Below are positions 24,883 to 37,837 of a stretch of DNA of 63,986 nucleotides, piece after piece. The notes below the pieces were generated by a model. The model was given only the letters and a program-made list of their open reading frames with translations. It had not been told where the DNA came from and did not search any database. Each line of letters begins with the position of its first letter. Within the stretch, counting starts at the first letter, position 1. Source of the stretch: Gekko japonicus (Eukaryota); contig NW_015170318.1 in assembly GCF_001447785.1 (NCBI RefSeq), positions 83,181 to 147,166 on the forward strand, given 5' to 3'. A program made the position numbers and the translations under genes.

Positions 24883-24956
24883 TCTTCTTCTTCTTCTTCT
24901 TCTTCTTCTTCTTCTTCTTCTTCTTCTTCTTCTTCTTCTTCTTCTTCTTCTTCTTC
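24883..24956. repeat. (TTC)n microsatellite; others (GAA)n ~37088-37118 and (TTC)n ~52460-52510
   Basis: Direct observation. Confidence 0.97.
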
Positions 24957-25343
24957 GTTACTGAATAGCAGCACAGAGGGAGCTCAATCAATCAATCTTT
25001 ATTTGTTACAGCACCAAGCTAGCAAATCAGTAACATCACGCAAAATAGATATAAACAATTTGTTAAAATACAAATATACAAATATAAAAACCATAGTCTA
25101 AAAGATCTGAGGGGTTAGATAATCTTTTCTTTGCAGGTACAGGACAAGCTGCACAGAGCAGCCATTTTCTCCAGGGGAACTGATCTCTGCCGTCTGGAGA
25201 CCAGCGGGAATACTGCTGGATCTCCAGCCTCCATCTCAAGTCGCTTTCAACTTACGGCCACCCTATGCATGAATGGCCTCCAGAATGCCCTACCATTAAC
25301 AGCCTTGCTCAGGTCTTGCACACGGAAGGCCCTCGTGGCTTCC

Positions 25344-25747
25344 TGTCAGCAAGCTGCCAATGTTTTGTTTCCTTCTTATTCTATGCGCTTGATTGCTTTC
25401 AGTTTCATATGTAGACCTGTTGATGCGCTTAATTGCTTAGCTGCCGAAACGTCTATATCTCTCAAGGCCACAGGTGGTTGCTGCTGCTGAATAGTTGCTT
25501 GGGTGGTCTCACGAAACACCGTGGGAAGAAGATAACGTAGGCTGCCTAGAAGCGTTTGCTCCCAGGCCCGATGGCACGCGTGGGAACTCCCGCAATTGGG
25601 CCTCAGTGGTTTGAATGTACTATAACATGCCATGCTCTTTGCTCCCCCCTCATTCCAAACAGTGATCCTGTCTATGCACCTATAGCTTCAAATAAAGTAA
25701 AACCTTTCTGCAAGTGTGTACTTTGTTGATGCTGTGGGGGTATGACA
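25344..25747 (+). mobile_element. Solo LTR, 404 bp, inserted in an RTE-like fragment
   Basis: TGTCA...TGACA termini; 5-bp TSD CTTCC; TATAA 25621; AATAAA 25691. Confidence 0.82.
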
Positions 25748-26932
25748 CTTCCTCGACTGAGTCCACCCATCTCATGTTGGGTCTTCTGCTTTCCCACTGG
25801 CTTCAACCTTTCCTAGCATGGTTGACTTTTCCAGTGAGTCTTCTCTGTTCCTGAGTTGACCAATCGCCTCAGTTTAGTCAGTGTAGCTTCCAGGGAGAAT
25901 TCAGGCTTGATTTGATCTAGACCTTACTGATTTGTATTTTGGCGGTCCACGGTACCTATGAAATCCACCAGGAGAAAGGGGGTAGGAAAATATAAGATGT
26001 GATGTTAGAGGTAACTTAACAGCAACAGCTGGAACCAGAGTGGAGAATAAGAAGGCACATCGGAACTGATGCCAGCTTTGGGGGAGGGAGGATGGTTACA
26101 TACGGGAAACAGTCCAAGGGACAGGGGCTAAGCACCCCTTTCCCCAACGCTGCTTCCATGATCACATTGACACATACGCTAGAGTTGCCAACTCCAGGCT
26201 GGAACATTCCCAAGATTTGACTGTGGAGCCTAGGGAGGGCAGGCTTCAGGGAGGGAAGGGACCTCGGCTGGGTATAGAGTCCACACCCAACGCTGACAAT
26301 TTCCCCAGGGAACTGATCTCTGTAGCCTGGAGGTCAGTTCTGATTCTGGGATGTCTCCAGGCCTCACCTGGGCTTTTTTGGTAGAAAAAGCCCAGCAGGA
26401 ACTCATTAGCATAATAGGCCACACCCAACAGCAAGAAACTCAGTAGCATATTAGGCCACACCCTTGACGGCACAGCCCATTAGCATATTAGGCCGCACCC
26501 CCATATTACCAGAAGTGTGGTCATCCAAGCCACACCCACCTTTTGCTTATTATTCTGTTTACCTTGTTGTCAAAACCCAGAGCTTTTTTGGGAGCAGGAA
26601 CCCCTTTGCATGTTAGGCCACATACCCCTAATGTAGCCAATTCTGATGAATTTCTGCTGTTGGGTGTGGCCTATTATGTGAATGAGTTCCTGCTGGGCGT
26701 GGCCAACTCAGGAGCCAGCCAGAACTCCGTTCCTGTGCGTTCCTGCCCAAAAATATCCCTGAGGACATCCAATTCTGTACGTGAGGCCATACCTGTTTTT
26801 GGCCTAAGGGGAGCCATGTTGATTGTGTGCTTGACCAGCACTCTGAGTATCGCAGTCCCCCCTCTAGTGGTGATGTAGCGGTATTAACACCATGTTCTCT
26901 TTTTAGTTGTCTTCTTGTTAGTGGAGGACAAG

Positions 26933-27379
26933 ATGAGGCCTTTGGGAGGCAAGTGTTGTTTCCTGCTCCTGTTGCTGGTGGCCGAATTGCTGCCCGGATC
27001 CTCCGGCGGCAACAACCCCCGCTACGAGAAGTTCCTGAACCAGCACCGGGACGATCCCAGGAGCAGTTTCCACGGCCGGTACTGTGACGGCCTGATGCGC
27101 AGCCGGGGCCTCACCAAACCCGAGTGCAAGGAAGCGAACACCTTTATCCATGGCTCCAAGAGGCGGATCCGGGCAGTGTGCGGCCAGGGGGGGGTTCCCA
27201 GCGGACAGCTGCAGCGCAGCCGGCAGCCGTTCCGGGTCACCAGCTGCACCCTGAGGGGCGGCTCCACCCGCCCGCCCTGTGAGTACAAGGAGAATACCTC
27301 GCCCAGGTACATTGTCATCGGCTGTGAAGACGGCTGGCCCGTCCATTACGATGAGAGCCAGATCGTGACCACTGTCTGA
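26933..27379 (+). CDS. Angiogenin-like secreted ribonuclease (gene 2), intact catalytic triad, 148 aa
   Basis: ATG 26933 follows acceptor-like AGs at 26905-06 and 26920-21. Signal peptide; RYEKFLNQH, CKEANTFIH, GGSTRPPC, GWPVHYDES closely parallel angiogenin motifs; 6 Cys. AATAAA 27607-27612 with GT-rich downstream element. Orthology to ANG not established. Confidence 0.96.
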   Translation: MRPLGGKCCFLLLLLVAELLPGSSGGNNPRYEKFLNQHRDDPRSSFHGRYCDGLMRSRGLTKPECKEANTFIHGSKRRIRAVCGQGGVPSGQLQRSRQPFRVTSCTLRGGSTRPPCEYKENTSPRYIVIGCEDGWPVHYDESQIVTTV

Positions 27380-27606
27380 AGCCAAGGAGAAGAATCGTGT
27401 GGCTTAAACCAATGGCACGGCCTCCCTGTGGCATTCAGCATCGTCTGGGGGGGGGTTTAAACCTTCCTGGGTAGCTATGGCTTCTTTTCCTCACTGGGGA
27501 TTCCCCGGAACCCTTCCCCCTCCTCTTCTTTTGCTATCAGAATCAGGATCCTGAGCACACTGCCTTTCTCACCTGTGAAGAGACGGTTTGTGTAAATCGA
27601 GAACAT

Positions 27607-27612
27607 AATAAA
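27607..27612 (+). terminator. Polyadenylation signal of gene 2
   Basis: AATAAA about 230 nt after the stop with downstream GT-rich tract. Confidence 0.75.
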
Positions 27613-30600
27613 ATTTGCAAAGCTTTATGGTATTCTTGTACATGTCAGTGTGACTGTGTTTGGTTGCCCAGGACTGAAAGGGAAAAAAATCCGGCTCACA
27701 CATTTTTGTCCTAGCTCAGGAAGGAATGGCCCCAGAGCAAACTCATTTATGCAGCTGCCAACTCGCTCACTCACAACTTTAATGCCAGCAGCTCACAAAG
27801 TAGAATTTTGCTCACAAGACTCCACAACTTAGAGGGAACATTGGTGTGGGGAGGTCTTTTTCTAAAGAGCTCTGTGGAGGTCTGCCACTAGGACAGTAGC
27901 TGGATTTTGTATGTCTGTTTTGTGCTGTGTCGCTATCTCCCAAATGTTAAGCTACTGTAGCACACCTGTTCAAGGAAACCGACTTTAATAATGGTTCTCA
28001 GGAGGGTGGCCAGTTCCAGGTTGGGTGATTCTTTGTGATTTGGGAGGTCATGCCTGGGGAAGGAGGGATTTGGGCACTCCAGTGGGTTATAATCAATGTT
28101 CCCGCTAAGCTGTGGAGTCCTGTGAGCAAAAATTCTACTTTGTGAGCTATTGGCATCAAAGTTGTGAGCAAGCGATTTGGCTACTGCATAAATTAGTTTG
28201 CTCTGGAGCCCTCCTTCCTGAGCTAAGAGAAAAATGTCTGAGCTGGAGGCTAAAAAACTGTGAGCTAGCTCACACTCACTCAGCTTAGAGGGAACACTGG
28301 TTCTAATGCCATATCATCTGCCCTCTAGAGCAGGGGTGTCAAATATAAGACCTCGTCTGCAGCAGCCAAGCATCGTGGGAGCATCCGCCCAGCGCTGCAC
28401 TGCTGCCTCTCCAGTTCACCTCTGTGGGTTTTCCTCTTGCACCCCCCTCCCAGCCCAGGGGGCCTTGCAGTGAGGATACACCCACTCAGAGCTTACCAGC
28501 TGCTGTCCTTTATACGGTTTCTATCACCGGTACCTGGCGTTACATTTTATGGCACACGTGGCCCGGCCCAACAAAGCGACGTTTATTTCAGATCCAGCCC
28601 TCGTAACAAATGAGTTTGACACCTCTGCTCTAAAGCAACCATTTTTCTCCAGGGGACCTGTTCTCTATAGTCTGGAGGCCAGTTGTAAGTCCAGGAGGTC
28701 TCCAGGCCTCACCTGGAGGTTGGCAACCGTCGTTTTCAAATGGCCTTTCCCACTGAGCTTAATGATGGTTGAACAGTCAACTCCCCCCTGAAGAACAAAC
28801 AACTGGAAACAGTACAGAACTAGCCCAAATACTCTGATGTGCAACAGCACCACCCACTGGTAGGAACCATACCACTGTGTCACGTTTTCCAAGCAAGACG
28901 GGATAAAAATAACAATCCAACGCATAAAATCCTTGCCTGTGAGATGCTTAGTCTTTTCATTTACATACTTAATTCCATGTTGACGTGGGCATTTTTCACA
29001 CTCAGCATTTGGGGGGGGGGGTTTGCTTTGCATGACCCGATCTCCTTCTTATGTGCTTTCTCACATTTCACAGAATAGAATCAACAAGATTTTTTTTCGT
29101 GCTGTTCTCTTAGTAGTGCTCTTACTGCTGTTAGTTTTCATTGCGTTTTCGTGGGCTTTTTTTTAAAAAAAAATTGCCTATAAACTTTATTGTACTCCGC
29201 CCCAAGAGCCTCATAAAGTAGTGGAATATGGAAAGGGCTTAAACAAATAAATAGATTGCCATGGTGGCCTCCAGGAGCTGAATGAGGCCAAGGGGCAATT
29301 TGAAGGCCCGTACCAGGAGGTGAACTCCTGGGGGTGGGAAATGTCACAGCAGCAAAATTGCCCTCAAATTATCTTCCCTGGGGCACCAATGTAATCAGTT
29401 CTGCACCCTCTTGTGGCAGAAGTGGAGATTGCGTCTATGATAGCACTGGGTATGTTCACTGCACAAATGAATCCTAGAGTGGTCACTCCACCTTTACTGC
29501 TATAGTCGGCCTTTCTTACCGGGACTCAAGGAGGATTACAGGAATGTGCTCAGGTAGCTGATCTACAGTTACTATGCCTGCTACCATCTTGGAGATACTT
29601 TCCCACTGCTATGAAAAGACTGAGTGATAGAACTGGGGGGGAGAGAAAGCCTCATGATGCCGGCAGAATCACGTCTTGTGGAGATTACGATAGGGAAAAA
29701 AAGCAAGACTGCGCCTTGAAGACTTGCAATCCAACATGGCAAAGAGAAAGTGTTTCAGTTTAGACTGCTAGATTTCTTGGTGCAGGGGAAGTGTTCTGGT
29801 TTTTCTTGCCTGAGGAATGTGAAAGAATGGTCCAGACACCTTAGTTTAGGAATCACATTATAAAGCAATATATTTATTTATTTTATATGTATATTGAATA
29901 TGTCATTGTCACAAGCCAGCAGCTGCTGGGGAACTATGCGGCATGAAGCACTTTTTGGCATAAATTCCCTCCTCAGCATCTTTCGCCTTTCCCTCTGTGT
30001 CCCTGGCCTAGCTGTAAGGAAAGGCTCCATTCTTGCTGCCAGGAAAGAGTCAGAGAGAAATCCGACACCATTAGAGAAGTCTGGATGCATGCCTGCAACA
30101 TAACAGAACCAAAAGGAATGAGAGAGGCCCTCTGAAGACTGAAGCTAATGTAATGCGAGGCTGGTAAAGATTTCTCAAAATAGCACTAGAAGCAGGGTTT
30201 TTGAAAGCAGAAAAGAGGGCATATTTCCCTGACAAACTACTTCAAACAGCTGGTCACGAGGACTACTATTTAAGCTGTGACCATTGCTACTAACCAGGAA
30301 TATTCCTCACCTTCCTTGTTTTTAAATAACGACCATTTTAATTGATTGATTTAGGCTAAATAATAGCGACGGACACCCAAAAATAGAGGACGCCTAATAG
30401 GTCATGTGGCTGCAGCGACCCAATCCTGAGTTTAAAGTTCCCAGGTGGGGTGGGGGAGGTACCCACCTGAGCTCCCATCGTCCACCACCACCACTTGGAA
30501 CTTGGAAAAGTTAAAAAAAATATCCCACCAGCTCTAACCCTCCAATGCAAACTCACTTTTCCCTGTATGTGGTTGAAAATGCCGTCAAATTGCAGCAGAC

Positions 30601-32159
30601 GTATGGTGTCCCCGTAGGGTTTTCAAGGCAAGAGGCATACAGAGGTGGTTTCCCATTGCCGGCCTCTGTATTGTATTCCTTGGTGGCCTCCCATCTAAGT
30701 CCTCACCAGGGCCGACCCTGCTTAGCTTCCAAGATCTGCCAAGACCAGGCTAGCCTCGGCCATCCCGGTCAAGGTTTCCCTGCATACCTTGGATGTTTTC
30801 CAGGTGTGCAGAAACCTCCCCTGGCCTTTATGGAAGGCTCTATTGTGCTATTCTCATGATGAGCGCAACCACCATGCACTTTGCTGGTGCCCGTGAGAAC
30901 TTGCAGCAGGGGAAGGCTATTTGGAAATCCCCCCTCTACCGTCCCAATCTTGTCTTCCAAAAGTCCATGCATTCTCTGGGCGCTGAGCCGTCTGCTTTCC
31001 TCTCCCCCTCCTTTATCTTCTACGTTGCCCTCAACATCCCTAGGAGCACATTTAGTCCTCAACAGGACCATTTGGCAGGATACCGCCCCCCCCTTTGCAC
31101 TGTTTTCAAAAACTTTGTTTTGTGCATAGCTGGGCAGCCCCCTGAATATGTAGAAACCCCTTCCCTCGTCCGTGGATGGCCTTGTTTTATGATGGGCCAC
31201 CACATGACCACGGAAATGTCGTCGGACAGCGCTGGCTCTTCGGCTTGGGAACGGAGATGAGCACCGCACCCCTAGAGTCAGATTCGACTGGCTTTCGAGC
31301 AAGGGAAACCTTGACCTTTACCTAAGTTTGTATGACATTTAGTGATGTTAATAAATGCGATCCATGTGGCAGATGAGGGACTAGAGGCTGGTTTGCCTGA
31401 AGCCACATATTCTGTTTATAGCAAGGGTGGAAATGTGAATCAAGGACTTCCAGGTGCTCAGAATCCTGCCACTCTCTGTAGGAGTGAAGCGGAGGTGGGA
31501 GAAGAGACCGAACTCATCCAGGGATGGCAGGTCGTTCTCTTATTTCTTCCCCTTTCTTGTTCCAGTTGCAAAACCCAACCGTAAAGGTAAGTTCCTAGAA
31601 AAGTTGCTCCACTTCCCAGGGGACGAAGCTGTTGGGTTTTGCGAAAGTGAAGTTGCGAAGCTACTTCTCCACAGTTACACGGAGCAACAGGGGGAGAAGA
31701 GACTGATGGTCAAGGGATTAGGTCAACTCGCAATTTCTGAGTGAACCCTGGAGAAGTAGACAGCGGAGGCTGGATCTTAACGGTTTCCGTCACTAGGATG
31801 AAGCTGTGGTTTAAAAAATTGGGGGGGGGGGGTTATTTGTTTATTTACTTTTTGGATTTTTACCCCCCCCCCTCCCAGCCGAAGCTGACTCAGGGCGGCT
31901 TACGTAAAAGCAGAGAATGACATTAAAACATAGTCGCAGTTCGAACAGTTATAAAATCGTAATAAAGTCTTAGTCGTTACTGGTATTCACATAACGGTAG
32001 CAGAACAGTCTACAAGGCTCTCCACTCGCAGTCAGCTCTCCGTGTTTATTTTGAGTGTCCTTGCAGGGCCCGCTGTCCCGTTAGGCTGTTGATGGCAATT
32101 TCCAGAGTCCAGGGCCCTCTCCCTTTTAACCAGCCGGTGTTCTTCATTGGTGGTGGTGG

Positions 32160-32340
32160 CTCCCAAATGCCCGGTGGAAGAGCTCCATTTTACAGGCCCC
32201 GCAGAACTGTAAAAGGCCCCGCAGGGCCTTGATCTCCTCCAGGAGCCCATTCCACCAGGATGGGGCCACCACCGAAAAGGCCCTGTCCCTGGTCGTTGAC
32301 AGCTTGGCGTCCTTAGGACCTGGGAGGGCCATAAGGGTCT
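32160..32340 (-). mobile_element. Short L2 3' fragment
   Basis: RAFSVVAPSWWN..L..F..ACK.ELF, similar to the other L2 copies. Confidence 0.75.
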
Positions 32341-32451
32341 TATGAAGTATCATGGACCAATGCATGCAGATGCTCACAATGCCTAGCTCTTTAGAAGTCA
32401 CATCCCTCCTCCAAGTAAAGCCACTGTGGTGTTCTATTTCCCCCTTTGGGT

Positions 32452-32872
32452 TGAAGATACCTGTTCAGTTTGAACACATGAAGCTGCCTTATACAAAATC
32501 AGACGTCTGGTCCATCAAAGTCAGTCTTGTCTACTCAGACTGGCAGCCGCTCTCCAGGGTCTCGGGCTGAGGTCTTTCCCAACACCTCCTACCTGAACCT
32601 TTTGACTGGAGATGGTGGGGATTGAACCTGGGACCTCCTGCACGCAAAGCAGATGAAGATACCTGTTCGGTTTGAACACATGAAGCTGCCATACAAAATC
32701 AGACGTCTGGTCCGTCAAAGTCAGTCTCGTCTACTCAGACTGGCAGCGGCTCTCCAGGGTCTCGGGTAGAGGTCTTTCCCATCACCTCCTACCTGAACCG
32801 TTTGACTGGAGATGGTGGGGATTGAACCTGGGACCTCCTGCACGCAAAGCAGATGCTCTGCCACAGAGCCAC
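32452..32872 (-). mobile_element. Tandemly duplicated tRNA-derived SINE with CR1-like tail; related copies ~4873-5000(+), 39172-39355(-)
   Basis: B-box ggttcaatccc; two ~200-bp units starting 32452 and 32655. Confidence 0.7.
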
Positions 32873-33944
32873 AGATCACTGGGATTGGGCCAAGGGCTGC
32901 AACGAGAGTTTGAATCTTGGTGTGTCTCTGTTGACCAGGAGAGAAGACCACAGTCTGGATAAGGCCAGAGGGCGCTGCACCTTCTCTCAGAGACACATCT
33001 AGGGATTTTTCCAAAAATAGCCTTTAAGATTTTCAACATGGCAATTCCCATTCAGTGCCAGATTCCACAGCCAACAACTGAGTACACNNNNNNNNNNNNN
33101 NNNNNNNNNNNNNNNNNNNNNNNNNNNNNNNNNNNNNNNNNNNNNNNNGGCTTACAAACTCCTTTCCCTTCCCCTCCCCACAACAGACACCCTGTGAGGT
33201 GGGTGGGGCTGAGAGAACTCTGACACAAACTGCTCTTTTTCAAGGACAGCTGTGCCAGAGCTTGTGACTGACCCAAGGTCACATCAGCAGGTGCAAGTGG
33301 AGGAGTGGGGAATCAAACCCGGTTCTCCCAGATTAGAGTCCGCGCACTTAACCACTACACCAAACTGGCTCTCCAGAAGGAATGCAGCAGTACTTGGTAC
33401 ACAGGGCAAGCAAGCATCCCACCCCCAACCATTATGGCAGCATAGCTGACATTTAGTGGGTAAGAACCAGTCGTCTGACTATAAAAGTTTCAGGTTGAAA
33501 AAAGAAAGACCAGAGGCAGCCAACACACCCTCTAAGCTATGGAGACTTGTGAGCAAGAATTCTATTTGTGAGCTACTAGCATTAAAGTTGTGAGTGAGCA
33601 ATTTGACTACTGCATAAATTAGTTTGCTCTGGAGCCCTCCTTCCTGAGCTATAAGACAAGAATGGGTGAGCCGGAGGCTAAAAAACTGAGCTAGCTCACA
33701 CTCACTCAGTTTATTTATTTATTTATTTATTTGTCACATTTATATCCCACACCTAGGGTTGCCAAGTCCCCCCGGGGGGCAGGGAAACCCCCACTCAACA
33801 GGCCTGTTCCCCCCCGGTGTGGATCGGGCTGCCCGGGGGGACCCCACCCCCAAAGCGTGCGACGTGCCCGGCGTGAACACGTCACCCGTGCTGCTGATGT
33901 TATGTTAGGGCCAGGGCCAAGATATTAAGGGAGGCCCCCTAATT

Positions 33945-34920
33945 GAAAGCCTGGCGGAAGAGCTCCATTTTACAGGCCCTGCGGAACTGTACAAGGTTCT
34001 GCACGACCCTGATGTCATCCATGAGCTCATTCCACTAGTAAGGGGCCGCCACAGAGAAGGCCCTGACCCTTGTTGCAGCCAGCCTGGCTTCTTTAGGGCC
34101 CGGGAGGACCAGGCAATTTTGGGATCCCAATCTTAGTGCTCTCTGGGGAACATGTGGGGAAAGGCGGTCCCTCAGGTAAGTAGGTCCCTGACCATATAGG
34201 GCTTTAAAGGTAAGAACCAGCACCTTGAACCGAATCCGGTATGCTATAGGCAGCGAGTGCAGCAATTTTAGGGAAGCTGGATGTATTTTCCCACATAGGA
34301 AGACACAACAACAGCCTCGATGCTGCATTCTGCACCTGCCGCAGCTTCCAGATTTGAGACAAGGGCAGCCCCATGTAGAGAGCATTGCAGTAGTCCAATC
34401 TCGAGGTGACCATTGCATGGATCACTGTTGCCAGGTCATCGCGTTCGAGGAAGGGAACCAACTGCCTGATCAGCCGAAGATGGTAAAAGGCCGACTTGGC
34501 AGTGGCTGCTACCCGGGCCTCTATCGTTAAGGAGGCATCCAGGAGCACTCCCAAACTCCTAACCTCCGGCGCTGGCACTAGCGGTGCCCCATCGAAGGTC
34601 AGGAGAGGGATCCTTAACCCTGGCCCACTCTGACTCAGGCACAGGACCTCCGTCTTCGTCGGATTCCATTTCAATCGACTCAGTCTAAGCCAACCAGCCA
34701 CGGCTTTCAACGCCAGGTCCAGGTCTCCTGGACTAGAGTCTGGCTGGCTGTTCAACAACAGATACAGCTGGGTGTCATCTGCATACTGTTGACAATCCAG
34801 CCCATGCCTCCGGGCAATCTGGGCAAGGGGGCGCATATAGAGGTTAAGTAACATCGGGGAGAGCACTGCCCATTGGGGCACTCTGCATATTAGCAGGTGC
34901 CTTCTGGATAGCCGTTCCCT
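33945..34920 (-). mobile_element. L2-clade LINE RT fragment
   Basis: PQWAVLSPMLLNLYM, YADDTQLYL, TSRLDYCN, VQNAASR, RAFSVAAP; nested inside a split hAT MITE. Confidence 0.9.
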
Positions 34921-35322
34921 AAGCTTAGAGGGAACATTGGGAGCTGGCCTTTCTCCCGAATTGGCGGTGCTCGAAGCCCGATTTCCCTGTCCACTCCCAG
35001 CTCTGCCCGGCTAGGATTCTCTCTTGCTTCAGGTACATTGTTCAGAATTCTCTGGTTGATCCCTGAGTACTTCTGAAAAACCAGATCTTCCTTTCACTAC
35101 CGTGACTGAATGTGGCAGATTTCTGAAGGGGGGGGGGGGTTAACTTAAGACGGTTGGTTATTCATAATAAGTAAAGACTTTTGAATGTAGAACTGCGCTT
35201 TCTAACTGAATGACACTAATAATTCATGGGCACAAGGATATATATGGAGAAACGCCTCCCTAGAAAACACTGTGTGTGTGTGTGTGTATTTTAATTAATT
35301 TCTTAGAAGTCTCACTTGGAAA

Positions 35323-35597
35323 CATGATGTTTTAATCTTTGTTTTTCAACAATAGGGCACCACCAAACAGAAGATGATGACGTCAAGATGAACGGACGAA
35401 CCTCCCGAGTTACCGTTCGTTTTGAAGTTTCTTTATCAAACAGGTCTCCTATCAAGAAATAGATACAGCTTATAGCAGGGAACCTGCTGACCGAACTCGC
35501 ATCAACTTTAACAATATTGTTCGTCCGTTCATCTTGACGTCATCATCTTCTGTTTGGTGGTGCCCTATTGTTGAAAAACAAAGATTAAAACATCATG
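35323..35597. repeat. Perfect 79-bp inverted repeat with 117-bp spacer
   Basis: 35323-35401 is the exact reverse complement of 35519-35597. Confidence 0.95.
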
Positions 35598-37837
35598 AAG
35601 CTCGTCAGCTCATCAGTACTATTGTTTAATTATTGTCTATTATTCTTAATTGTATGCACTTTGCAGCAAGGAAATTCTTGGTTCTAGCCTTGGACTCCCT
35701 ATCAGTTAAAAGGCTCTGGGCAAGACACCATTTCTCAACTGGAACCTCTTTACAGACATAGGAACCCTGGGTCCTCAAGCATCTAAAATCCCAAGACTTA
35801 TGGAGAAGGGCATAAAAGTACTACAGACCCAGTTTGGTGTAGTGGTTAGGAGCACTGACTCTGATCTGGGAGAACCAGGTTTGATTCCCCACTTCTCCAC
35901 ATGCAGCTGCTGATGTGACTTTGGGTCAGTCACAAGTTCTTTCAGAGCTGTTCTCTCACAAGCCATCCTTGAAAGAGAGCTCTCTCAGTCCCACCTACCT
36001 CACAGGGTGTCTTTTGTGGAGAGGGGAGGGGAGGGGAGGGGAAAGGAGACTGTAAAGTGCTCCTTTGGGCAGTGAAGGATGGGGTATAAATCCAATCTCC
36101 TCCTCCTCCTCTTCTTATTCTTTGAGCAGGGCTTCCACACATGAGTAGAAAGTGTATCATGTTATATTTGTGTTGTAGTTGCACATGGATAGCTTTGAAA
36201 ACATGAACTATTCAAAGTCTTGTCAGGTTGCCCACCATAGCGGTCAGCCTTCTAGCTCAAGCGACCCTCTTCCGCTGCTGCTCAAAACATCAGGGGGAGC
36301 AAAAAGGGGTGGGGGGACCAGCATCACACAATGCCATTTTGTCCCTGGAAGCGATGTCACAGCATCACTCGGCACTCTAGGAATTCCCCAAACCTCTATG
36401 GTTTTCGTCCAGTACGAACCCAGTTGTAACACAAACAGCATCGCACAACCCCAGTTTCTGCAGTTCTCCTCCTCCATGTTCCTGCAAACAAAAGACTCTT
36501 AGCTGACAACCTGAACTATCCACGACATACTTTTTAAAAAAAATATGTTAATATTGTAGTGTGAATGGGAATATAAAGATTTTCGTATATAGGTTTTTTC
36601 TTCTTGATTGTTCATGTTCATATTTCTCTGGTTTTTATAGATTTATTCTTTAAGTAATATTTTATTAGGATGTTAGAAAGGCCTGTTATATAGAAGGGTT
36701 TCCTCTTGTAGGTCTGATATTGCTAGCAGACAACATAATAGGTACAAAGTTCATGATTCTGTAGTTCTTAGGGAAAACCTTTCTATGTCTGGGTCAGATA
36801 AGATTTTAGTCTTGTATCAGTAAGGAAAACTTTTGTTTAGGTAAGAACAAGCTTTAGCCGATATGCCTTAGGTCATGTCAAGTAAATATGTGACGCCATT
36901 GCATAGACACACCTTTCTTACATTTGACCAATAAGGAGATTTTTATGTAAATGTTGTTTAAGGTTTTGTAACCAATTATGCCTTTTGAATATTATTCCCA
37001 TGATGATGGTATGATGATGTCATTTTAAGTATTTAACTTAAAATAACTTAACTTATATATTTCCTGAATATGTTCAGAATATGCTCAAGAAGAAGAAGAA
37101 GAAGAAGAAGAAGAAGAAAGTTGTCAATTTCAGGTTAACTATTTGGTCTAATTGTTTTCCTATTAATTGAGGCCTGTTTCCTGATTATGCTGAGAAGAAA
37201 GCAATCAGTTTTGATGGGTCCTTTGGCCCAACTGTTTTCCATATTTCATTACAATAAAATACAAGAACTTCCTCCTCATTTGACTTCATTTTTGACATGG
37301 AATCTAATGTTTACAACAACATGGAAATAAACTGTGTGCCAAACCAAACGTAAAACATAGCTGAGTTGCTGTTGCCCGATCATTGCTTCCTGCCTCCAAC
37401 GCCCATGTCAGCAGAAGCAACAGATATGCATGGAGAGAAGCCATCGGCTGTGTGGGCTAGCTGCCAGGCCCTGAGGCTTCCACCTGACACCCTGAGAATA
37501 AGCCCCCCAAGAGACCTTGCTCCTAGAGCCCCCCGTTCCATCTCTACATTGATCTCAACAGTTACTACACAGGTACTTTCACACGTCCCTCGAAACGTTT
37601 TAAGCAATATATCTGGTAACAGAGAGCAGCAAGAACAGGCGTCCACAAATCTTGGCTTCCTCCTTCCCTTCCTCTGCCCTTGTGGTGCTTTCTCTAAGCA
37701 CAGGGATGTATTCAGCAGCCATCTGGGGCTCAAGGAGCCAATTGTGCAATCCTCTGTAGAAACTCCCCCACACCCCTTGCACCACTCTTTTGCATTCCAT
37801 ATGTGGCAACTGGCTGGATGTTCCTTCTTTTTGGATC

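Noticed and set aside
24602-25101. Poly-Ser/Lys/Glu ORFs
   Set aside because: Translations of the (TTC)n microsatellite.
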